Shown here one piece after another: positions 39,921-52,819 of a DNA stretch of 64,000 nt (position 1 is its first letter; each line of letters opens with the position of its first letter). The DNA is taken from positions 4,340,001-4,404,000 of the forward strand of contig OZ024764.1 of NCBI GenBank assembly GCA_964016885.1, written 5' to 3'. The DNA comes from Eledone cirrhosa. Its lineage: Eukaryota. The notes below the pieces were generated by a model. It was not told the origin of the DNA. It made no database searches and was given only the letters and a program-made list of their open reading frames with translations. A program made the translations under genes and the position numbers.

Positions 39921-40182
39921 TGTGGTTGGTGTTAGGAAGGACATCCAGCCATAGAAAACCTGCCAGATACAGTCCTATACGTGTGAGACAAGGTCACCCG
40001 ACCAATCTTGCCTCGAGTGGGACAAACCCGTCTAACCCATCCTAGTGTGGAAGATGGACGTTAAACGATGATGATGATGATGATGATGATGATCTGGAAA
40101 ACTTTCCACCCTGTCAACTTACCAGAAAGTTGAGGGAGAAATCAAGGACTTATCCGGGAAAGTTTCCCTCGTGTCAACTTAC

Positions 40183-40333
40183 CGGAAATCTCCATGGACT
40201 ACAGTTGTTTCTCCATTCTCCGGAAGATTCTCCGAAATCCATTGAATTATTTCGTTCATTTCCGGAATCTCTTCCGTTTTACTCTCTTCATATTGTTTCA
40301 TCCAACGAGAGAAGTTTCGTTTCATGTAGTTAT
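40183..40333 (-). CDS. ACAD10: ACAD10 coding exon 9 (APH catalytic HGDFR)
   Basis: actag|(D)NYMKRNFSRWMKQYEESKT...TTVVHGDF CG|gtaagt. 151 nt. Confidence 0.93.
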
Positions 40334-40440
40334 CTAGTCAGACAAAACACAAAAAATAAGGTTTCATACTTTTGGGTCTTGAATTATCGTCCCCACACTT
40401 ATTAAACTTTTTAATCTGTCTCTGGCGAAATATATTTTAA

Positions 40441-40720
40441 ACTAGCAGCAATACCCGGTGTTGTACGGGGTAGGAAACATGAAATAGCAACACACACATG
40501 CAAAGATTGAGGAATGTAGCTGTGTACTTTTTGAATTCCCTTATTCTCATCTTTAAGTTATGCCTCAAAAAAGCCTAAAAAGGCCTAAAAAATGCGGTTT
40601 TTCGCCTAATGCGGGCCATTGCACTTCAAGAAATATCAGTAACATATGTGTAAAGTTTGAAAAGCATCGGTCAGGTACTTCTCGAGTTTTAGCGATTTAC
40701 AGAGACAGACATCCTCTGTT
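40441..40720 (-). mobile_element. Possible non-autonomous Helitron/Helentron-like element; a similar end lies at 43184-43214 (+)
   Basis: On the minus strand a GC hairpin (ccccgtacaacaccggg) is followed by CTAG-T, as at Helitron 3' ends. Confidence 0.4.
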
Positions 40721-40770
40721 TTATATCGATGGTAGCTTTCCTGTGACAGTTAGTTTTCTTTAGACATTAA

Positions 40771-41539
40771 TCCTTCAGCATTTAAACTGGCCGTTTCCGG
40801 CCAGAATTCTCACCTCTTTCTGTTCAAACCGGCTGTAACTGGCCACTCATACTGATGTTATGGTATTGTTCTCAAAATAAATAATATCAAAATCTTATAG
40901 ATTCGATATTATGTGAGATATGTGAGGTAAAGCTTTTACTGTGACAATACAATAGTATATATAGAGTAATGTAAATGTTATGTAAGATATTATGTAAGAT
41001 AAAGCCTTTACTGTGAAATTACAATAGTATATATAGAGTAATGTAAATGTTATGTGAGATAATATGTGAGGTAAAGCCTTTACTGTGAAAATACAATAGT
41101 ATATATAGAGTAATGTAAATGTTATGTGAGATATTATGAGAGGTAAAGCCTTTACTGTGAAAATACAATAGTATATATAGAGTAATGTAAATGTTATGTG
41201 AGATATTATGTGAGGTAAAGCCTTTACTGTGAAAATACAATAGTATATATAGAGTAATGTAAATGTTATGTGAGATATTATGTGAGGTAAAGCCTTTACT
41301 GTGAAAATACAATAGTATATATAGAGTAATGTAAATGTTATGTGAGATATTATGTGAGGTAAAGCCTTTACTGTGAAAATACAATAGTATATATAGAGTA
41401 ATGTAAATGTTATGTGAGATATTATGTGAGGTAAAGCCTTTACTGTGAAAATACAATAGTATATATAGAGTAATGTAAATATTATGTGAGGTAAAGCCTT
41501 TACTGTGACAATACAATAGTATATGTAAAGGCTAAAGGG
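40771..41539. mobile_element. Same MITE family, with a 72-bp internal array
   Basis: TTAA-TCCTTCAGCATTTA ... GCTAAAGGG-TTAA. Confidence 0.75.
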
Positions 41540-41879
41540 TTAAAAAACATTATACAGGACAAAATAAGTACATTACTAGAAACCCCATACGTTATAAAAT
41601 ATATAGAATGGGTTGGGGCCTCAATATGTAAACTAAACAACTAGTCTGTTTTTGTTTTAAAAATCAATGGAGACAGATTCCCCCCTCCCCTCACTTATTC
41701 TAACCACCCTAACCCTCTCCACATTATCTGGGACCTCTGAGAAGTTTGACTGAAGCATTGTGGGATATGAAACAAGGGCAGCCAAGCTCATGGATGTTAT
41801 CCAACCATTCTCTCATGTTCTACTCTTGGGTCTCCTGCTGGTTGGTTTTGCCCAGCAATTCTTTCCTGAGACCTTATAA

Positions 41880-42237
41880 CCACCAGAACCCCACCACTAC
41901 TGCCAGCACTACCACCACACCACTATCATTACTACTACCACCACCACTACCACCACCACCACCACCACCATCACTACCGCCACCACCACCACCATCACCA
42001 TCACTACTACTACCATCACCACCACCACCACCACCATCACTACTACTACCACCACACCACCACCACCACCCCTACTACTACCACCACACCACCACTACCA
42101 CCATCACTACTACTACCACCACCACCACCACCCCTACTACCACCACACCACCACCATCACTACTACTACCAACACAAACACCACCACCACCACCAAAACA
42201 CCACCACAACTACTACCACCACCAACACCACTACTAC
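41880..42237. repeat. (CCA/CTA)n microsatellite; a similar (GGT/AGT)n tract lies at 52822-53235
   Basis: Directly visible trinucleotide tract. Confidence 0.9.
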
Positions 42238-42410
42238 CCTGCTGATATGAAAGGTAATAAAACCAGGTCAATAATGTTTCATAAGAAAAGGTGTGCAAAG
42301 TCCACCAAATTTATCTCCTGCACTTTATCTTCTTCCACCTCACGAACCCTCCCCCCTCCACCTCACGATCCCCCTCTCCGCATCACGACCTCCCCCCCAC
42401 CACCACCACA

Positions 42411-42804
42411 AACTAACAAAGTCAATCTGTAAACGCAGAAGTGGATATTTAAAAAAACGTTGCAACCGGAGGAAGACAGGAAGACGATACTTTGGTTCGT
42501 GGAGACATTCCCTGGCAAAGATATGACGTATTATCTTCGTTTTTTCCGTTCATTGCCAGAGAACGTCTCTATGAACCACCTAAGAGAACATTAGTCTACG
42601 ACTTCTTTTATACCATAAACGTGGTCCTGTCTTTGCGTGTAATTGTTTTTCACCGCTCCTATTAATGACGTATTATATTCGTTTTTTCACGTTCTTTGCC
42701 AGGGAACGTTTCCACGAACCAAAGTATCGTCTTCCTGTCTTCCTCCGGTTGCAACGTTTTTTGAAATATCCACTTCTGCGTTTACAGATTGACTTTGTTA
42801 GTTT
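42411..42804. repeat. Inverted repeat (about 110-bp arms)
   Basis: aactaacaaagtcaatctgtaaacgcagaagtgg ... ccacttctgcgtttacagattgactttgttagtt. Confidence 0.88.
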
Positions 42805-42870
42805 CAGAAGATCCCATTAAGGGTGAAAGCAGCGATTCTTTGCTTAAACTTTAATCTGTTATTTTAATAA

Positions 42871-42915
<45 letters not shown>

Positions 42916-43255
42916 TATATTTGTGTACAGATATTTTTGCATACACAATAACAAAATATAAACAAACGTATTTATTTCATGAGGCTCGATAAGGATAAAT
43001 ATGATAATGATGATGATAATGATAATGAAATTATTGTGTAAAGTGCTCAGGTGCACTACAACTCGTCAATATAGTACATAGAATAATACACAAATGTCAG
43101 GGAAGTACATGTGTGTATGTGTTAGCTCTAGTGTTGGCGGATCTCGGGAAAATATATCAAATATATAAGAACCCTAGAGCAAATCCCGAGCAACGCCAGG
43201 CTGTTCTGCTAGTTGAATATAAAAGAGAGATAAACACAGATATACACATATATAT

Positions 43256-44018
43256 ATCCTTTAAAACCTCCATGGAACAAACTACCTACATCAGTTGTTA
43301 GCTGTCGAGGCACTGCATCCTTTAAAACCTCCATGGAACAAACTACCTGCATCAGTTGTTAGCTGTCGAGGCACTGCATCCTTTAAAACCTCCATGGAAC
43401 AAACTACCTACATCAGTTGTTAACTGTCGAGACACTGCATCCTTTAAAACCTCCATGGAACAAACTACATGCATCAGTTGTTAGCTGTCGAGACACTGCA
43501 TCCTTTAAAACCTCCATGGAACAAACTACCTGCATCAGTTGTTAGCTGTCGAGGCACTGCATCCTTTAAAACCTCCATGGATGGAACAAACTACCTGCAT
43601 CAGTTGTTAGCTGTCGAGACACTGCATCCTTTAAAACCTCCATGGAACAAACTACCTGCATCAGTTGTTAGCTGTCGAGACACTGCATCCTTTAAAACCT
43701 CCATGGAACAAACTACCTGCATCAGTTGTTAGCTGTCGAGACACTGCATCCTTTAAAACCTCCATGGAACAAACTACCTGCATCAGTTGTTAGCTGTCGA
43801 GTCACTGCATCCTTTAAAACCTCCATACTTCCTGAAATTCACCAACACTACACCTAATATTCCCCCTCCATACACACACACACATGTATATCATGACTCA
43901 TACACTTTTCACTTCCCTGACATTTGTACAATATTCTATGTACTATACATGCACCTTTGATGAGTTGTAGTGCACCTGAGCACTGTACACAATAATTTCA
44001 TTATTATTATTATTATTA
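43256..44018 (+). mobile_element. CR1 3' end with a 61-bp tandem (about 9 copies), 3' UTR and (ATT)n tail
   Basis: Repeated WNKLPASVVSCRDTASFKTSM unit; tail ataatttcattattatt. Confidence 0.85.
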
Positions 44019-44290
44019 CACACACATGTGTGTGTATGTGTGTAAACACATACATTTAGTTTGTCTTGTCTCATTGTACAGCTGTCAACTTCACACAGTG
44101 TCCTGTTAGAACAGATAACCAACTCACACACACACACACACACACACATACATATACACACATGCCACACACACACAAGTACATATATGAACACACATAC
44201 ATAGACGCATGCATACCACAAACACAAACAAATATGTTTGTTGGACAACCACCACCACTACCCACCACCTTCCTTCCTTCCTCAGATAGA

Positions 44291-45316
44291 TGGCAACTTA
44301 AAGAAGCCACAGTACTGAAATATGCAGATGACATCAAGCTGTACATTGAAATCAAAAGCACAGATCCTGAAATCTATATCTCTTTCTTACAATCAGACCT
44401 GGACACAATGCAGCAATGGATCACAGACTGGCAACTCAAGCTAGCTGTGGACAAGTGTGCCATCATGCATTTTGGGAGGAAAAACCCAGTGTCCACATAC
44501 TCCCGACACATCACTGATATCAAGAAGTCTTCTTGTGAACGTGACCTGGGTATTACTGTCAGCAGTGATTTGCATTGGACGAAGCACGTTTCTAAAATTG
44601 TCAAGAAGGCCGAGGGTGTCTTAGCATCACTCAGCAAGACCTTTGTTAATCGTTCTCCAGCTATCTATTTAAAGCTGCATCCTTTAAAACCTCCATGGAA
44701 CAAACTACCTGCATCAGTTGTTTAGCTATCAAGACACTGCATCCTTTAAAACCTCCATGGAACAAACTACCTACATCAGTTGTTAGCTATCGAGACACTG
44801 CATCCTTTAAAACCTCCATGGAACAAACTACCTGCATCAGGTGTTAGCTGTCGAGACACTGCATCCTTTAAAACCTCCATGGAACAAACTCCCTGCATCA
44901 GTTGTTAGCTGTCGAGACACTGCATCCTTTAAAACCTCCATGGAACAAACTACCTGCATCAGTTGTTAGCTGTCGAGACACTGCATCCTTTAAAACCTCC
45001 ATGGAACAAACTCCCTGCATCAGTTGTTAGCTGTCAAGACACTGCATCCTTTAAAACCTCCATGGAACAAACTACCTTCATCAGTTGTTAGCTGTCGAGA
45101 CAACGCATCCTTTAAAACACTCATGCTTCCCGAAATTCGCCAAAACAACACCTGATGTACCCCTCCATACACATGCACACGTGTATATCATGACTCATAC
45201 ACTGTTCATTTTCTTGACGTTTGTACATTACCCTATGTACTATACATACACTTTTGATGAGTTGTAGTGCACCTGAGCACTGTACACAATAATTTCATTA
45301 TTATTTCATTATTATT
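44291..45316 (+). mobile_element. CR1 RT fragment with an internal deletion and a 61-bp tandem (about 7 copies)
   Basis: LKYADDIKLY, LQSDLD, ERDLGI; tandem at 44675-45118; (ATT)n tail. Confidence 0.87.
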
Positions 45317-45844
45317 ACAAGCCTATGGTTAATATTGGCAGTATCGGTAGAGGATCGGACGCCATGCTTTGACGCATAGAGTTACGGCCCTTGCCATTCT
45401 GAGCTCAAATCCCACCGAGGTTAACTTTGCCTTTCATCCTTACGGGGGGTCGATAAAATAAAGTACCAGTAATGTACTGGGTAATTGCTGGCCATGTGCC
45501 AAATGTAGAAACAATTATAATATTATGTAAGAACCTTTGTTAAGTTATGTTCCAAACACCAGCTCAATAAGTTGTCTTCAATGGTAGCACCAGCCCTGAA
45601 CAGGATGATCTGCCAGAACACATTATTTGCGGGGGATTGGCAGTATCGGTAGAGGGTTGGACGCCATGCTTTGACGCATAGAGTTACGGCCCTTGCTATT
45701 CTGAGTTCAAATCCCGCCAAGGTTAATTTTGCCTTTCATCCTTACTGGGGTCGATAAAATAAAGTACCAGTAATGCACTGGGTAATTGCTGGCCTTGTGC
45801 CAAAAGTAGAAACAATTATTATTACAAGCCTATCATATATTAGA

Positions 45845-46232
45845 TTATACAGTGGTCTTACTACTGACCTTTCTTGCCAAAGTTATCCAAATCTGCCTGT
45901 CCAATGTCAACAGAGGGCATCTATCATTGCCGTGTAGGTGTTGTGGCGTTCATTCTCTGACCTGTTCAGTAGGAAGGGGTCGATATAGACCCCCCTTTCA
46001 CCAGACCCGTCATATAGAATTATACAGTGGTCTTACAACTTACCTTTCTTGCCAAAGTTATCCAAATCTGCCTGTCCAATGTCAACAGAGTGGATCATAC
46101 AGAGGGCATCTATCATGGCCGTGTAGATCTTGTGGCGTTTATTCTCTGACTTGTTCGGTAGGAGGGGGTCGATATAGACCCCCCTTTCACCAGACCCGTC
46201 ATATAGAATTATACAGTGGTCTTACAACTTAC
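45845..46232 (-). pseudogene. Two degenerate tandem copies of ACAD10 exon 8 (3' part plus donor, no acceptor)
   Basis: Units of 189 and 175 bp; a 2-bp deletion in both, an extra deletion in the distal copy; donors at 46043 (gtaagt) and 45868 (gtcagt). Confidence 0.9.
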
Positions 46233-46414
46233 CTTTCTTGCCAAAGTTATCCAAATCTGCCTGTCCAATGTCAACAGAGTGGATCTTACAGAGGGCATCT
46301 ATCATGGCCGTGTAGATGTTGTGGCGTACATTCTCTGACTTGTTCGGTAGGAGGGGGTCGATATAGACACACCCTTTCACCAGACCCATCATATAGAATT
46401 CTGTCCCCAGTACA
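46233..46414 (-). CDS. ACAD10: ACAD10 coding exon 8 (APH domain)
   Basis: cacag|(S)VLGTEFYMMGLVKG...IYTAMIDALCKIHSVDIGQADLDNFGKK G|gtaagt. 182 nt. Confidence 0.92.
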
Positions 46415-46917
46415 CTGTGAATAGAGAGAGAGAGAGGGAGTGAGTGAGAGAGAAAGGTCTACAACAACAATGACTGAGGGAGCACTTACACAAAATATCT
46501 TTCGTAGTCATTACAACCTTTTAGTAAGATTACCACTTTCAGACCCGTCTAACCCATGCTAGTGTGGAAGATAGATGTTAAACGATGATGATGATGACAT
46601 AGTAGAAGTGTTCCATTGGTTCTAAAAGAGAACTTAGTTTTTTATATAAAAATAATTTATTCCTTTGATTGTTTTGAACAAGTTACAAAATGTATGCAGC
46701 AAAATTTTCTGTGTGAAGATGTCAGTGAAATAAATGGGGTTTTTTCTAGTAGGTCAAAAATGCAGTGAGACAGGCTCTAATTTATCTTTATTTATTGTCA
46801 GGGATTGGAATATTTTGGTAAAACAAAGTTGATGGATAAATGGTAAATCCCTGAAAGACTGTCTAAATAACTACTCTCAATGTTAGAGAGGAAAATAAAA
46901 CTGGGAAAGCTAGTTAA

Positions 46918-48090
46918 CTCTTTAGCATCACATTACTCTATATATACTATTGTATTTTCACAGTAAAGGCTTTACCTCACGTAATATCTCGCATAACATT
47001 TACATTACTCTATATATACTATTGTATTTTCACAGTAAAGGCTTTACCTCATATAATATCTCACATAACATTTACATTACTCTATATATACTATTGTATT
47101 TTCACAGTAAAGGCTTTACTTCACATAATATCTCACATAACATTTACATTACTCTATATATACTATTGTATTTTCACAGTAAAGGCTTTACCTCACATAA
47201 TATCTCACATAACATTTACATTACTCTATATATACTATTGTATTTTCACAGTAAAGGCTTTACCTCACATAATATCTCACATAACATTTACATTACTCTA
47301 TATATACTATTGTATTTTCACAGTAAAGGCTTTACCTCACATAATATCTCACATAACATTTACATTACTCTATATATACTATTGTATTTTCACAGTAAAG
47401 GCTTTACCTCACATAATATCTCACATAACATTTACATTACTCTATATATACTATTGTATTTTCACAGTAAAGGCTTTACCTCACATAATATCTCGCATAA
47501 CATTTACATTACTCTATATATACTATTGTATTTTCACAGTAAAGGCTTTACCTCACATAATATCTCACATAACATTTTCATTACTCTATATATACTATTG
47601 TATTTTCACAGTAAAGGCTTTACCTCACATAATATCTCACATAACATTTACATTACTCTATATATACTATTGTATTTTCACAGTAAATGCTTTACCTCAC
47701 ATAATATCTCACATAACATTTACATTACTCTATATATACTATTGTATTATCACAGTAAAGGCTTTACCTCACATAATATCTCACATAACATTTACATTAC
47801 TCTATATATACTATTGTATTGTCACAGTAAAGGCTTTACCTCACATAATATCTCACATAACATTTACATTACTCTATATATACTATTGTATTGTCACAGT
47901 AAAGGCTTTACCTCACATAATATCTCACATAACATTTACATTACTCTATATATACTATTATATTTTCACAGTAAAGGCTTTACCTCACATAATATCTCAC
48001 ATAACATTTACATTACTCTATATATACTATTGTATTGTCACAGTAAAGGCTTTACCTCACATAACATTTTCATTACTCTATATATACTTT
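46918..48090. mobile_element. Same MITE family, inverted and truncated; about 16 x 72-bp units
   Basis: TTAA-CTCTTTAGCAT terminus followed by the reverse-complement array. Confidence 0.7.
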
Positions 48091-48802
48091 TATATTTTTT
48101 GCCGTGGCACCTACACGTCCACTTTACAGTGAGTGCTGGGTGCTTTTTTGCCATGGCACCTCCATGACCACTTTACAGTGAGTGCTGGGTGCTTTTTTGC
48201 CGTGACACCTCCACGACCACTTTGCAGTGGAATGATAGGGACCCCAGTCCTAACATCTCATTTCTACAGCTGAGTAAACTGGAGCAATGTGAAATAAAGT
48301 GTCTTGCTCAAGGAAACAACACATCACCCGGTCTGAGAATTGAACTCACAACCTTTCGATTGCAAGCCCAATGCTCTAGGTATATTGGTGTTGATAATTT
48401 GTATATATATATATAAATTATCAACAACAATATACCATATTTGCTGGCCTATTGGGCGTCCCTTCGTATAAGACTCTCCCTCTTTTTTTATTATATTTTA
48501 CGTTATATTTTCACATTTATACACATTATTATGGACCACATCTTCGCCGGTGCTCTGGGAACATAACCCCCGCGAATACTGGGGGGGAGGGGACAACTGT
48601 ATAAGTCTGCTGGATACGGCGGAGCTAAACAACAACTACAGTCATCATCATCATCACCGTTTTACGTCCGTTCTTCCACTCTAGCATGGGTTAGACGGGT
48701 TGTCCTGTTGTGGGCAGTGTCTGGTCAGCTGACCTTGTCTTGCTCATGCGGGAACTGATTTGGCTTGATTTCTACAGCTGGATGCCCTTCCTAACACCAA
48801 CC

Positions 48803-49359
48803 TCATTTACAGTGAGTGATGGGTGCTTTTTCGTGGCGCCTACACGTCCACTTTACAGTGTGGGCTGGGTGCTTTTTCGTGGCGTCTACACGTCCACTTT
48901 ACAGTGAGTGCTGGGTGCTTTTTCGTGGCGTCTACACGTCCACTTTACAGTGTGGGCTGGGTGCTTTTTCGTGGCGCCTACACGTCCACTTTACAGTGTG
49001 GGCTGGGTGCTTTTTCCGTGGCGCCTACACGTCCACTTTACAGTGTGGGCTGGGTGCTTTTTTCGTGGCGCCTACACGTCCACTTTACAGTGTGGGCTGG
49101 GTGCTTTTTTCGTGGCGCCTACACATCCACTTTACAGTGTGGGCTGGGTGCTTTTTTCGTGGCGCCTACACGTCCACTTTACAGTGTGGGCTGGGTGCTT
49201 TTTTCGTGGCGCCTACACGTCCACTTTACAGTGTGGGCTGGGTGCTTTTTTCGTGGCGCCTACACGTCCACTTTACAGTGTGGGCTGGGTGCTTTTTCCG
49301 TGGCGCCTACACGTCCACTTTACAGTGTGGGCTGGGTGCTTTTTCGTGGCGTCTACACG
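48803..49359. repeat. 48/49-bp minisatellite, same SINE-B segment, inverted
   Basis: Unit ctttacagtgtgggctgggtgcttttttcgtggcgcctacacgtcca. Confidence 0.92.
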
Positions 49360-49693
49360 TAATAGCTAAAGGGTTAAGTAGTTAATAATAGGAAGTGAAT
49401 CCAACTAAAGGTAACTATCCTACAATCTATTCCTTGCTCCCAATCATGCAAACATGAAAAAATGAAAATAAAACATAAAAGGAAAATGAAGAGAAATTGT
49501 TCAAGTTATAGACTTCATTTTGTAAAATGTAGAACATTAAACTCTTGGAATGAATAAAATTATATATATATATATATTATTTCATCATCATCATCTTCAT
49601 TTTACGTCCACATTTCCCTGCTTGCAAGGGTGGGACGGGAACTGATTTTGGCTTGATTTCTACAGCTGGATGCCCTTCCTAACACCAACCTCA

Positions 49694-50379
49694 TTTACAG
49701 TGAGTGCTGGGTGCTTTTTTGCCGTGGCACCTCCACGTCCACTTTACAGTGTGGGCTGGGTCCTTTTTTGCCGTGGCACCTCCACGACCACTTTACAGTG
49801 TGGGCTGGGTCCTTTTTTGCCGTGGCACCTCCACGTCCACTTTACAGTGAGTGCTGGGTCCTTTTTTGCCGTGGCGCCTCCACGTCCACTTTACAGTGAG
49901 TGCTGGGTCCTTTTTTGCCGTGGCACCTCCACGTCCACTTTACAGTGTGGGCTGGGTCCTTTTTTGCCGTGGCACCTCCACGTCCACTTTACAGTGTGGG
50001 CTGGGTCCTTTTTTGCCGTGGCACTTCCACGTCCACTTTACAGTGTGGGCTGGGTCCTTTTTTGCCGTGGCACCTCCACGTCCACTTTACAGTGAGTGCT
50101 GGGTCCTTTTTTGCCGTGGCACCTACACGTCCACTTTACAGTGTGGGCTGGGTCCTTTTTTGCCGTGGCACCTCCACGTCCACTTTACAGTGTGGGCTGG
50201 GTCCTTTTTTGCCGTGGCACCTCCACGTCCACTTTACAGTGTGGGCTGGGTCCTTTTTTGCCGTGGCACCTCCACGTCCACTTTACAGTGTGGGCTGGGT
50301 CCTTTTTTGCCGTGGCACCTCCACGACCACTTTACAGTGTGGGCTGGGTCCTTTTTTGCCGTGGCACCTCCACGACCAC
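49694..50379. repeat. 49-bp minisatellite, same SINE-B segment, inverted, distinct variant
   Basis: Unit ctttacagtgtgggctgggtccttttttgccgtggcacctccacgtcca. Confidence 0.92.
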
Positions 50380-50538
50380 CTTGCGGTGGGGGGTGTGGGG
50401 GCATATTGTCTATATGCTTCAGCTTGTACCCATGGGAGGTCGGGTACTCTGTATTACTGCGTGACGCCAGAGGTCACGGCCGTGTAGCAACAACAGTAGC
50501 AACAACAACAATAAAAATAAACCCTATGTAGTCCTTAC

Positions 50539-50654
50539 CTCGGGTCGCTACACAAACCCAGCATAGGCGGTACTGGGACTTTGGCTTTCTCCATGGCATT
50601 CATTACCCGATGCTCCCTGTCGACAGCATGGGCTGATGGTAGTAGCTTTCCTGG
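50539..50654 (-). CDS. ACAD10: ACAD10 coding exon 7 (APH domain)
   Basis: tctag|[40 protein letters not shown]|gtaagg. 116 nt, ends in phase 2. Confidence 0.93.
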
Positions 50655-50687
50655 CTAGATAGGGAGATATATTGACAGATAGACATC

Positions 50688-52611
50688 TTTCTTTATTTGC
50701 CACAGGGGCGTACAAAAAGGGGACATTACAAGACGTGACGGCAGGGGTTTTACATAAAATCTTTAACAATGATAAATAACAATAAACTATATATAAAATA
50801 AAACAATTGAAATCCCCATTAGGGACGGGGGTGGGGGGAGGGTAACGCTACTGCGGGGTTGTTTTACACCCCGTGGCTAGAACAACCCTCAACACCAGGA
50901 ACACGTTTTGTAGGTGTTCCCATCTTCCCTCTGTTTATCTTCCTCAACCTAGACAGACAGATAGCTAGACAGACAGACAGACTGACTGACTGACTGAGTG
51001 ATAGATAGATAGACAGTTAGAGGGATAGATAGATACATATATTTCTTTATTTGCCACAAGGGCACACAAGAAAAGGGGACAATACAAAGACATGCCGGGG
51101 ATTTTACATACAGTCGTGTAAAAAATATAAAAACAAACAAATATAACAATTGAAATCCCCAATAGGGGGGAGGCGCCACAAATGGGTTGTTTAATACCCG
51201 TCGATAGAACAACCCTCAACTCCAGGAGCGTGTTGTGCAAGTGCTCCTTTCTTCCTTTTGCTCTCTTCTTCAACCTACAGGTTTATAAACAGAGAAGGCC
51301 CAATCACTCGGGTCATTTTCGCTTCATTCACCCACCTTTCAGTAAATTTACTGGGGTGCAGTGCCTCTCTCTCCACCCTGATTCTCCTTCTAAAGTGATA
51401 CTTAAAGAAGGGAGTGAGTTGTTGTCTGGAGAGAAAAGCATTTGTCCTCAGTCCTCTCAATCTCGTCCACCATATAACACCTTTCAGTATATTTACTGGG
51501 GTGCAGTGCCTCTCTCTCCACTCTGATTCTCCTTCTAAAGTGGTACCATATAACCTCTTTCACCATAGCCACTGTACAGAGGAAAACCGCCCCTCTTTTG
51601 TTTTTAAAAGAGGCTGGCAGTTTGATCCTTACTATGGACTCGGCAGTCAACTGGATTTGTCCCATACGCGACAGCAGTTGTTCCGCCTAGTTCCACAGGT
51701 CGGTTACGCCTGGGCAGTCTACAATTGCGTGCAGGACTGTTTCAATGTCCTGCGCGCATCTTGGACACGTCCTCTTGGAAGGATCACTGCGGAGACGTCC
51801 GTGCCTGTAGATCTTGTCACGAACTGCTAGAGCTCCTCAGTAGCACTGCCAGGCCAGGGACCTATGGAAGTTGTCCCGGGCGGAAAGTCCTACCAAACAG
51901 ACTGGTGAGCTCATCGTCTTCGACGCCCAGAGTCTCTCCGAGCACGTTGTCACCCTTGTAACGTACAATATCCCTCTATAGAATGTCGAAGTGGAGTCTC
52001 CACTGATTGCTGCGCCCGCTTGCCAGAGGACTGTGAGTGCCTGAGCGCATTCAATGTGCCAGGCGCCCATCGTTTTCGGTCTTTTCTTCACCCAGGACTG
52101 CAGCTCCGTCAGCGAGACGAGCTGTGGGAAAGCCTGTCTCACAAATGGTGCCCACACCGGTTGGGGGTAGGTGAGGAATACCTGGAGATGCCGCAGCCTC
52201 AGCGCATGTTTGCGCATCATCAGCCACGGCATTCCCAGCCCTCCGTTGGAAGGGTGCCGACAGCAGACGGATCTCCTCACCAGCGGAGCCTGCTTCTTCC
52301 ACAGAAACTGGAAGAGCATGCGTTCCATCTTGGATAGATAGATAGATAGATAGATATGTTTCTTTCTTAGCCACAGGGTCACAAAAGAAGGGGCCAAATA
52401 CAAAGGGGGAAGTTTACATGCAATAAAAACGTGTAAAATACTATCACAAATGTAATTGAAAAATTAATCGGTTTTCCCCAATAGGGGGAGACATTTCATA
52501 TGGGTAACACATACCCCCGAAAAAATGTGCAACCCTCATCTCCAGGAGTACGAAGAGTGTATACCCCTTTCCTCTCTTCCTCTTTTTCCTCAACCTACAG
52601 GCTGATATAGA
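50688..52611 (-). mobile_element. Three stacked 5'-truncated Tx1-like copies (50688-50951, 51042-52333, 52359-52611)
   Basis: 3' UTR and ORF2 C-terminus are similar to the full-length copy (GGLGMPWL, KHALRLRHLQ). The copies are separated by (GATA/GACA)n. Confidence 0.88.
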
Positions 52612-52721
52612 CATCAGGCCTCAGTCCCAGCAGGGGCTGTGACCCCTAGGGGAGGGGATACTTGTGACATCAGGCCTCAGTCCCAGCAGGGGCTGTGACC
52701 CCTAGGGAGGGGAATACTCAC

Positions 52722-52819
52722 CGGTTTCTTTCTAAGGACCAGCTCTCTCTCTCCATATTTCACATAAAATGTTGGGTTGGACATCCCATGTTTGAACAGA
52801 CGGATGTGTGGTAGTGTAC
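52722..52819 (-). CDS. ACAD10: ACAD10 coding exon 6 (APH domain, ATP-binding loop)
   Basis: cacag|(G)TLPHIRLFKHGMSNPTFYVKYGERELVLRKKP|gtgagt. 98 nt. The acceptor is weak. Confidence 0.88.

Noticed and set aside
41746-42432. Proline-rich ORF or possible ACAD10 exon
   Set aside because: It is an antisense RTE-like fragment plus (CCA)n; exons 8 and 9 already join in phase.
42800-42840. Hammerhead-like motif cagaaga-tccc..gggt-gaaa (also near 10615 and 2690)
   Set aside because: The core is mutated and stems I and III cannot be formed convincingly.
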